A stretch of DNA of 63,896 nucleotides, filler included, from Cercozoa sp. M6MM (lineage: Eukaryota > Protista > Endomyxa: Ascetosporea), in assembly GCA_040357565.1 (NCBI GenBank). It is 11 parts of 11 records of this genome, joined end to end, with 100 filler letters (N's around TTAATTAATTAA, not from the genome) between each part and the next. Parts side by side here need not be neighbours in the genome. Positions count along the whole stretch, not along the records: positions 13,114 to 18,874 come from JBDODJ010000853.1; positions 18,975 to 22,395 come from JBDODJ010001466.1; positions 22,496 to 27,505 come from JBDODJ010000994.1; 8 more parts are not named here. One strand, 5' to 3'. Numbering within the stretch: the stretch's first letter is position 1; every line of letters starts with the position of its first letter. Of the stretch, positions 13,014-23,221 are shown one piece after another. The position numbers and the translations under genes are program-made. The notes beneath the pieces are model-generated. The model did not search any database. It was given only the letters and a program-made list of their open reading frames with translations, and was not told where the DNA came from.

Positions 13014-13136
13014 NNNNNNNNNNNNNNNNNNNNNNNNNNNNNNNNNNNNNNNNNNNNTTAATTAATTAANNNNNNNNNNNNNNNNNNNNNNNNNNNNNNN
13101 NNNNNNNNNNNNNCCCCCCCAGGTCAGCAGAAAGTG

Positions 13137-13906
13137 TACGCGCGGAGACATCGAGCGACCAGCCGCGCGGCCGCGGCAAGCACGCCGTCGAGTGCGATGT
13201 CCTTCTCGTGCATCATGTACTCCATCTCGGGTACTCTCATGTCGTGCTCGCTCAGTGCGCCCGTCACTGCAGGGGTAAGGAAAGGTTAAGGGAGTATAGG
13301 GGGTTAGAGGGGATTAAAGGGGTTAAAGGGGGGGAAGCCTACAGGCAGCACAGGCGTCCAAAGTCTGCCGCATCACGGCCAAGAACAGCGGCAACTGACA
13401 GTGCGTGCACACGGCTAATAACCGCCTGCATAGCAAGGGGATAAATAAGGGGACAAGCAGGAGATAAACAGGGTAAAGGAGGGTAAAGAAGAGGGAAAAG
13501 GAGAGGGTAAAGGAGAGGGTAAAGGAGGGGTGAAGGAGGGGTAAAGCCTCAAACTACGGCGCCAGCGACGCCTGAGCGAGCTGCTGTAACAGGCACGGTT
13601 GCACGCGCAGCAGCGCATCGAGCTTCCGATTCAACGCGCGCACACGTCGCTGCTCGCGTTTCGTCTGCACTCACCGTCATAAATGCACCCAAACCGTACA
13701 TATTCACTGTCAAAATAAACCTACCAACAGACGCAAGAAACGTCTCGATGGCTCCGGCAACTGCGGTCCCAGCTCGTGCGCTTCCAGCACCACCTTGCGT
13801 CCTGCAGGGCCCAGTTTTACATACAACACCTTTTCCAGACACTTTTGAGCCTACTAAAATGCGCCGACATCTGTGCCACATCGCTTTCAGGTGTGGCGGC
13901 GCTCAT
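13137..13906 (-). CDS. Hypothetical protein, 5' part, multi-exon
   Basis: Spliceable in frame: MSAATPESDVAQ...RKVVLEAHELGPQL...LDALLRVQPCLLQQL...; no family recognised. Confidence 0.45.
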
Positions 13907-14684
13907 TTATGTTATTTCTGTCGTTTTCTTGCCCCAGAAAGGTGCAGTGATGGACGTGCGCCAACTGAATTATCTTTGCGAGAGAACGTCGCGACACCTG
14001 CCTGCCACCCAAAACAGTACTAGCAGTCCTGTAGGCACGTCGCTGCTGTACAAGGAGCCACGTTTTTTGTTTTAATTTTCGAATAAAAACAACCACAAGA
14101 GGAGAGCGCTGGTCAACTACTTCATCGTGACAGGCAAAAAAGAAGGAATTCGGTTTGGTCCGGGAATCTGGCGTTTTATTCGAACTGACCGCTTCAACAG
14201 TAGCAGCTGGTGATAGCCTTTTAGGATGATGCTTTGAGCATGATCAATTCTGATTATCACACCGCGATCACCTCCCTCCGATATCTATCGATACATTGAT
14301 ATTCACTGCAAGAAGCAAGAAGCAAAGGCGGGTCGCTGTTTAAACGGCATTTGATTTGTCCTATTAGGTTGGCCGGTCCGCGCGTCTGACGGGTCGGTTC
14401 AAAGACGTTCAGTGACGCGACTTGGCGGTTTCGAGATCACAATAACCGACTCCGCGAACACAGGCGAAAACTTGGGTGCACGCTCACGTGTGCTGTGGTG
14501 TGGCTTGCCAGCTGACCATTTTGCAGAAAGGCTCAAGTTGGCCGACTGGTTTGAGATCAGTCGAGATCAAGAAAATTGCACGTGCTGGGCCACTGGTTAC
14601 CGTATCCTAGGCCCTGTGCTCCGCTTATCGGGCTGATCGACACGCTGCCAGTCTATTTAGCAGCCTGTTTGGCCTGAGCCGAAC

Positions 14685-17600
14685 ATGTCTGGTACTCCGG
14701 TTTCTCGATGCGCGCGAGACAAGATATCTTTGTGCATTTTCAGACGCGTCGTGCGGCGTCGAGCTCGTCGACGTGCGCTCCGTCAGCGTCTCTATTAACG
14801 ATCACGATGGAACCAACTCGGAGTAGTTTTGCCTTTTGCTGGCATTTCAATGTAATGTGTTTCATTCGTTGTTGTCTTTGATGTCGCAGCAAGGCACAGA
14901 CCGGCGCGGATGCGCGCGAATCTGACACCGAGTGCGCCGAAGTGGCGCTGCTGGAGGCACACACCAATATGAAAAACCAAGAGCGGCTGCAGCGTATTTT
15001 GTTTATTTAGCTTTTCTTTTATTTTACATGTTATATTTGGCACGGGTAGGTGGTACCCTGCTGAGTGCCATCGTTTTGTTCGTGGTGTTCTGGGCTTCGT
15101 TGTACGCACACCTGCAAAACGTCGCTTCTGATGTTTCAAACGTCAACGTTCGCGACCTTGTCGAGCAGGGTGCGTTGCCCCCCCCCCTCGCAGATGTGTG
15201 TTTCATTGTGTCGCCTTTGCAGAATGGACGCGCTACATTGCAAACTTACGATCGTATGAGAGCCTAGAGATGTTTCTGTCCGTGTTTGTGCTACAACCTT
15301 CTATCTGGGTGTGAGAGCAGGCGAGAAAAGACGGCGACACTTGCACCAATGGCGTCACGCTCTGCCTACCTCAATCTGACCTATTGTAGCGTGTTTTCAT
15401 TTGTTAAAGCTGCGTTGTCTCCGTTTATTTGTTCATACGCCTGCAGGGCGGGACTCCCGTGCGGAAGCGATGCAACATACGGACGCATTTTTCGCCGCCT
15501 TTCTCGCCAGTGACACTGGGCGCTGGGGTAACCTGTTCCTGCTTCTGTGTGCGATCCCTTTAGTAGTGTTCTGCGTAGCCTTCCGGAAAGACAAGGACAC
15601 ATTACCGGTGGTTGAGTCCATCGCAAGTGACATTGTGGCACTGCGTGAACTCGAGGCGCAGGCCTGGGCCATTGTCGATAGTGGCGAGGTTCTTTTTTCC
15701 TTTATCCTATTCCCCCACACTGTGTCTCTAAATTTAGAACTCAATTTCACCCCTGAAACGTACAGAGTCACTTCTTTGGCGAGGCTGACACCAACGACGC
15801 TGCTCTCGTATTTGCTTTTTATCTTCTTCCGTCACTTTGGTTTGGAGACGACTGTGCACAGTTCGGAAACGACACCTGGGGCGTCGCCATGAAGACTGTT
15901 CTCAACGGGGTGAGGACCTTGCTTTGTCTATTGTTTTGTCCATCTTGTCCTTGCTCACTGTCACGACGTGTGGGTATTAGAATATGGACAATCTGTGGGC
16001 GCGCGTTCTTTCCAATGTGGAGGCGCTTGTCGACTTGCATTGTAAGGCTTCATTCTCTGCCCTGGCAGTCTTGTGTTATTACTCAATGTATGTTGTAGCC
16101 ACCAAGACAAAGGCCAATCTTGACGACACTGAGACTGGGGCCGACATTGCCTTCATTGCGTTGTTGGTGTCGCTGGTACTGCCTTGCTTGCTTAAGCAGT
16201 TGTCAGGATTATTTTGTCTTTTTTATCTGCTCAGGCGGTGCTGCTGATCATTCTGGGAGCGATTTTGGCGTTGAACAAGCGTCAGAAACCGATCGAGGAT
16301 GCGTTGAAGCAAGCTGCACACGCTATGCGCGTGGTACGAGGACTCTTTTCTTCTGCGTTCAGTTTTTCATCTTTTTGTTCTTCAGGCACTCAGCAAACAG
16401 CAGCAGGTGCTGCTACTGCAGTGCACGAACGACAACACAGCAGCAACGCCTCTAACGTACGTTTGACTGCGTCAGCTTGAGTGGTAGGGATGTTGTGCGA
16501 TGTCGCAGAGATGAGTCGTACGACGAGCCGGATCACGATGCCACAGAGCCGACACGTGGCACATCGCTCTTCACGCCCGCCATGGTGCGTCGTCACTGCT
16601 GTGCTTGCTTGTGTGCTGCCGTAGTCAGTTTTGTTTGTTGTGTTTAGGATAATGATTGCGAGGAAAGTGCATCGCCGACAACGTACACTACGGTGGACCC
16701 GAGTGCCGAGTCGGGCAAGGCCACCAGTGTCGTCGTCAGAGACAGTATGGTTGAGCTTGAATGCTTGTAAGTCTCCTGTGTTACGTTGTTGTGCATTGTG
16801 TTCAGATCATGAAAGTGCCCAGCGACTCCAGGAGAACATGCGCCGTGAGTTCCTTTTTGCTGTTTAGAACTAATGTATCTAGACTGACTGAATGATCGTA
16901 TGTATTGTGCAGGAGCTCGGTACAGGTTCCGACTGCTGTTTGCGTCGGAAGTGGTCGTACTGTTCACTGCTTTCGTCGCGTGCCTCGTGTTGCGTAGGTT
17001 TAGTCTTAGTGCTAAGTTACGAGTGGAGGTCACAGTATTCTGTACGTCTATGTATGAGCAGTGGTCGTTCTCAAGCACAAGATCGACATTCTGCGCGATC
17101 AATACGAGTACCTCAAGTACGGCACTTTCCTGGACCAGGTAGTTACTCCCCTGCGTGCTTGTTCTGGTGTATTTTTATTTGTCGTTTGCAGTTCTTTGTG
17201 GTTGAAAGCGACAAGTTTCAGAACAACCTGCTTGACCCAAGGTAACGCTGTTTCCTTGTGTTTTTGTTGTCTCTGGTATCGTCGGCGTTGTTGTAGAGTG
17301 TCGGCAACGCCAGAGTCGCAGAGGTACGCAATGGGGCAGACTGCGGCAGCTCTGCTTAGCATCGGAGACATGGAGGCCAAGTGGTAGAAAATACGACGTT
17401 GCTCTCCCGTATCTTGTATACTTGCTTTTTTACAGGAGAGAACTGAACACGTTTGGAATCGAAACGTCGGCCGAGGAAGCAGCCGAGTCCAAGAGGCGTA
17501 GCTTTAGTTTTTACTTTCGGTTTGAGTTTTGTGCTGCAGTAACTGGTTTTGTTGGGACAGGCACTGACGTTGAGCAAGCCTTCTACTTTGACTTTGCAGG

Positions 17601-18828
17601 CGCAATTGACATGACTCAGTACTCTCCTGTCGGTACAACATTTTTGGCGAGTTGTTGTTAGTTGTTGACGACTAATGTTTCTTTTGTAACAGCGTTTGGC
17701 AATGCGACATTCTCGGTTCCGCATTTGAACCGGGTCCAGTTCGACCCGACCAAACGAGCCGTATGCACACACTCTCTTTTTGTATTTGGGTTGACTCGAT
17801 GTGCTTTGTGCAGATGCGAAAGGCGTCGAACGACAAGGGTGACGAGGTGAGTCGAGTTTCGTCTTTGGTGTTTTTTGACTGGTGAGAAGGGCGATACCTG
17901 AGGGTGTATGCTTGCGCAGTTTCAAAGTAGCAACAAGGACAAGCATCAAGACGCTGCCAAAGCCATCGCAACTTCGCTGGCGTTCGTTTCTCTCTGATAT
18001 TTTTGCTTGCATATTGGTGTATTTATGTGGAATACATCTACCTTCCTACCTACCTATCTACGGACTCTGTTACCTGCAACCCATCTAATACCTGCATATC
18101 CACCACCTATCTATCTATCTATTGTGTGTGTACGTTGGTAGGGTGGTTGCCGCTCTGGTGGCCGTGATGTCGGTGTGCGTGTTTTTCGCGCTGCTGCTGT
18201 TCGCGCGGCGTGCGCAGTCGACGGCCGTTCTTGGCATGCGTGCCGAGCAGGTGCGTTTCTCTATGTGGAGTTATGTTAAGGGGTGGAATGGTGCTGGAAG
18301 GATAAAGGGGATGTTGAAGGCTATTGCTGCAACAGTGGGACCTGGCGCGCGTGTTGCGAACGCCTGCGGCGGCAGTGATCCTGCAGGCCGAGGCGGACCG
18401 GCGCCTGTCGGGCGAACTGGTGCGTTTCTTGACCAAGATGGACGCGCTGAACGGTCGCACGCGCGGCTGTCATCTCGGGCCGTTGCCTTTCATCGACGAC
18501 GAAGATTTCGCCGAGGATCACGACGACAATGCGTACTTCGACCCGGTGCGCGCCTTGCCTCAGTACGGCTTGTCTCCGTCTTTACCCCAATCCAACCCCC
18601 TAACCCCCTCCCCCCGCAGCTACCAAAAGTTGCGTCATGATTTCTGTCGTGTTGGCGCCGAGAATGAGCTCAATATTGATGGTGCAATTAAACCCAACTA
18701 CCCCACACCCCCATTCCTCACCCCCCTCTTCTGTAGCTTCCCTGTCGAAGAAGTTCCGCCAGTGGCAGCGACTCATCGACGAAGCTGTCATTGCTGCCAA
18801 GGAGACCGCCGGCGAGCATGGCGAGAGT
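14685..18828 (+). CDS. Multi-pass membrane protein with C-terminal RGS domain (3' truncated; may be more than one gene)
   Basis: Many hydrophobic exons, then WDLARVLRTPAAAVILQAEADRRLSGELVRFL...YQKLRHDFCRVGAENELNID, an RGS-like helix pattern with the E-x-N-I-D motif. Confidence 0.6.
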
Positions 18829-18985
18829 ACTGCATTCTTACCCCCTATCCTCTTACTCCTTGACCCCCCCCCCCNNNNNNNNNNNNNNNNNNNNNNNNNN
18901 NNNNNNNNNNNNNNNNNNTTAATTAATTAANNNNNNNNNNNNNNNNNNNNNNNNNNNNNNNNNNNNNNNNNNNNCAAGGGAAGTA

Positions 18986-20052
18986 CGCGATGCAAGATCT
19001 CGGCGAGGATGCGGCGCACAACAGAGAAGGAGAGCGGCAGCTCGTTGGCGGCGAACCAAAGCGCGTGCGGCTCGCGGTAGGTGTCGATGTCGCCGTTGAG
19101 GTCGAGCTGCGGTCCCTGGTGGTGCAGCATCTCACCGTAGTTCTTCCAGTCGTGCGTGACGCCACTGGCCTGTCCAGTCAGTGGTCACGTGGTCACTAGT
19201 CAGTGGTCACAACACACAGACAGCATACCAGCCACGCGGATGGAAACTGACGCTGCTGCAGCAGTGCGTCCACGGCTCGTCGCAGAGCGTCCGGCATCGC
19301 ACGGTCCTGGAGGTCAAGGGTGTAAGGGGGTAAAGGAGTAAAGGGAATAGGGGTACAGGAGATAGGGGTAAAAGGGTAAAGCTACGGGTTGCGGGATGCG
19401 CGTGAAGTGCTGCACCGGGTACAATGGACGCTTCGGGAAGCCTGTTGACAGAGCACACATACATAGCATCAGACTACAACAAGACATGCAAAGGTACGGT
19501 TGGGCGGTTCGGCCATGAGACGTGAGCTGCGTTGCTTTTGCATCCTGCACAAGACACACTCTCAGATGAGTCAAGTCAGTGCAAACACAGGACAGGTGCG
19601 GCTGTTGTACATCTCCGACATGTCTTCGTCCACCTGGGGTCCAAGCGACGCCAGCAGCGCACTCGCTTGCTGGTACGTCAGGTCCTGTCCAGATACACAG
19701 ACACACAGACACTGGTAACAACACAACAACACAGACAACGACAAACAAGTACCTTGAGTGCCTCGTCGCCTTTCTCGCGGTGTGCCATCAGCGAGCTCAT
19801 CACGGTGTGCTCATCCGCGCGGACGATCGGCTCGTCTTCGTCGTCCGACCCCTCGTCAAAATCATCGTCAGAATCATCCGGCTCGTCGCCCATACTCAGA
19901 AGCGAAGTCAAGACATCGTCCGACAGGAGGTTCTCCGCGCGGACATCCGCTGTCTCGGAGGTCATTTTCTCATCCGACGGCGCAAGCGCCGCTGATGAGA
20001 AACGCGACACACTGGAAGAAACGCGCGCACGCGTACGTGCGATAACCCGCAT
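18986..20052 (-). CDS. Mitochondrial SSU assembly factor RSM22/METTL17-like, 5' part
   Basis: Arg/Ser-rich presequence-like start; YREPHALWFAANELPLSFSVVRRILAEILHR resembles the Rsm22 Y..A..Y.A.R.P.....RVL.E motif. Confidence 0.5.
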
Positions 20053-20208
20053 GAGAACCTAAGCACACGTGTGCACTCTGCGATCTCAGTTTATCTCACT
20101 GCTTCAAGGATTTTTCGCTTGTCGGCTCACCTGAGCCGATTTTATCAGAAAACAAGCACCTTGTGCACTCGATTTTGGCTTCTGCGGTGCGCTTTAACAG
20201 AGTCGGTT

Positions 20209-21573
20209 ATGTTCAAATTCAATTTTAGCGGTGGCTCCGCTCCTGCTGAAGGTATCGAAATTCGGTGGGAATCTCCAATGAAGGTGACGTGAGATCGTGG
20301 TGTTGTGCAGAAGAGCGGCCGCAGCGGCAAGACCCGGAGCCAGAGGTCCAGGTGGCAACAGAAACAGTCGAAATTACGAGCTACGACGCCTGTCAGCAGG
20401 CACAAGCACTGCCGTCGATCGAGCTTGAGAGTGGCCTTGAGCTGAAAAGGTGCACACCGCTGTCGGACAACTCGTCGCTCAGCGAGGTCACTGCCCGGAC
20501 TGATGGTATGTGTTCTTGTTGTTTTTTTGCGAATAATTGTTATCGAAGATTTGCGTGTAGTGGAGAGTGGTGTCTACGAAGGCGGCTTCAAGGTCTGGGA
20601 GTGCACACATGACGTGCTTGCACTGTCCAAGACTGATCTGAACAGTCTCATGTCCTCCTGCACTTCGGTACTTGACCTGGGTTGCGGTACTTTCTTAATA
20701 ACCTTAAGTACCCCTGAGTGCTGTTTACAAAAACCGTGTGCGTGTGTGTGTTCAGGACACGGTCTGCTGGGAACAGCCGTGGCTCTCAAAAGCAACCGGC
20801 ACAAGGTCGACTGCAGTGTCGTGTTCCACGACCTCAACACTCAGGTAGTCAGACATGTTGCAGACTTTACCCCGACTAGATCGATACGGGCGTCTGTTGG
20901 TGAAACAGGTGCTCAGAACAGTCGTCGCTCCTCATGTTTATGCCAACGGGCTGTTGGACTCGTCGAACAACCAGGTGCGTTGACCCCCCCCCCCCCCCAG
21001 AGGAGAGGTCGGAATATTGCCTGATCAACACAGGTGAGCTACGTGGCTGGTGACTGGCGTGATCCCGAGCTCGCACGTCGCGTTGTGGCAGCCAATGGTG
21101 CCAAGTTCGACTTGGTTGTCACCTCGGAGACTATTGTAAGTCATTGAACTTCACACATGCTGCGAAGTGTGTAGAGCGGTGTGAGTGGTGAGTTCTCGTG
21201 CACAGTACAACGAGTCCTACGTGGCCTCACTGATCGACACACTGTGCAACGTCTTGGCACCACAGGTACTGTTCGTTTCTGTCAAAATGTGGCAGGCCGT
21301 TGACGAAATAACGCACCAGGGACACGTCATCCTGGCTGCCAAGCGACTCTACTTTGGTGTCGGTGGGTTTTCTCCGCCAGTTTTTGCAACTTCCTTTCAT
21401 TCGTTTCTCTGAGCTATGTATGTGCTGTGTGTATGCTTATGCTTGCAGGAGGCAGTGTGGCGCATTTTCTGTCGCTCGTGGAGCGTGATGGACGTCTCCA
21501 GGTGCTTCAAAGACACCAGTTCAACGACGGCATGTCGGTGTCGCGCGATGTCCTCGTCCTGACGTGGAAGTAG
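20209..21573 (+). CDS. METTL18: Histidine protein methyltransferase 1 (Hpm1/METTL18)
   Basis: MFKFNF start, GVYEGGFKVWEC, VLDLGCGHGLLG, FDLVVTSETIY, LAAKRLYFGVGGS. Confidence 0.92.
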
Positions 21574-21891
21574 CTGGCATGCAGCAGTGTACGGCGCTCG
21601 TTTCTTGAAATTTAACAGTATCTCGATGATTGGCCAATCCGTGCCCAAAGCTAGACCACGCAGACCAGAGCAAGACTGTTTTCTTGTGTATTGAGCGAGC
21701 TTCGGTCGCTCGCTGACAAAGCAAGAGAAGTTTGTGTATTAGAGCAGTGCACGCGTGTGTACCAAAGCAGGTGCCACGGTTACTGTGGCTTAACGAGTGT
21801 ATTAGTCAGGGTGCGCTTTTTTGCAGACACATGATTTGTTGCTGTTGCGAGTGTTGCTGTCTGAGGCAGGCGTTGTGTCGGTGGGACGCAG

Positions 21892-22378
21892 ATGCAGGCA
21901 GTGCTGACGGCGCTGCAGGAGATCGCGCAGGCAACGTCACCGGCCGCCATTGAAAGTGCGCACCAGCAGGTGTGCCTGCGTGTATCGATGTCGGCATGTC
22001 TGTCTATGTCCATGTCTGTGCATAGGTTCTGGAGTGGCAGCACTCGGCAGAAGGATGGAACGCCGCGCAGATTCTGCTGCAGCCGTGCATTTTTTTAATC
22101 TTTAACTCAACTGGACTAAACTGGACCAGACTGGACCGTGACTGGACTGCACAGGGACCTGCTGTCCGGTGCCGAGGCGACGTTTGTGCGCTACGCGCGT
22201 CAGTTCGCTGGCAACACGCTCTGGCAGGTACCAGAAGGTAAGGGGGGTAGGGGGGGGGTAAAACTCTGTGTGTGCACAGAAGGCGCGCAATCAGAGTTCG
22301 CAGCTGCGCGAACTGCGCTCGCTCGACGACATCCGCCAACTGCAGCGCGCTCTCGTCGTGGCCGCCGCTTCCTCTGGG
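21892..22378 (+). CDS. Importin-beta family (transportin-3/importin-13-like) N-terminus, partial
   Basis: AHQQVLEWQHSAEGWNAAQILL...RQFAGNTLWQK resembles IBN_N. Confidence 0.5.
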
Positions 22379-22502
22379 GGTAGGGGTGCACGGGGNNNNN
22401 NNNNNNNNNNNNNNNNNNNNNNNNNNNNNNNNNNNNNNNTTAATTAATTAANNNNNNNNNNNNNNNNNNNNNNNNNNNNNNNNNNNNNNNNNNNNACACA
22501 CA

Positions 22503-22540
<38 letters not shown>

Positions 22541-22942
22541 CACACACACACACGCACACACACCAGATACATACATAAATTTACACTGTTAAATCCTATG
22601 TCAACGCACCGTTTTTGACATCGTCCATAATGTGCCGAACACGGCTTTGCGCATTTTCAATGCGACACGAACAAGCCAAAGGGAATTTTCCTCCTCCATG
22701 AGGCTTTTAAACGAAAGACGGTCTTGTTGGTAGCGTTTCACCACGCCGACGAATTCACCGCACCAGGGGCTTGTTTCTCGGTCGCGAGTTGACCCCTTGG
22801 TGACGTCACCTAAGCAACAACCCTAATTCGCAGCACTATTTGGCTTTTCAGCGCTATCTTTCCCAAGAGTCGATGGTTGAAAAACTGCAACACTTCGCGC
22901 GGATGCAAGAATTTACGGGTTTTATTTACATTAAAAAGATGG

Positions 22943-23194
22943 GGGTATGGCGGGGTTTTCGAGGCAAAATCAGAATTAAAGAGAGGTTAGGGGGGTAAGG
23001 GGTCTAAAAGGGGTAAGGGGTCTAAAAGGGGGTAAGGGGCCTAAAAGGTGCTAAGGGGTTTAAAAGGGGGGGTAGGGGGGGGGGGAAGGGAATCAAATGG
23101 GGTAAAGAGGGGAAAGCGGGTTAAGGGTTAAGGGGGGTTAAGGGGTAGATGTTTTGGGGGGTTCGGTTTTGCCTCAAAAAACCCCGCCATACCC
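22943..23194. mobile_element. MITE-like element with ~30-bp TIRs and a probable 8-bp TSD
   Basis: GGGTATGGCGGGG...GAGGCAAAA at the left end is inverted as TTTTGCCTC...CCCCGCCATACCC at the right; flanks AAAGATGG (22935-22942) and GAAGATGG (23195-23202). Confidence 0.7.
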
Positions 23195-23221
23195 GAAGAT
23201 GGAAACCAAAAAGGTGGAGAA

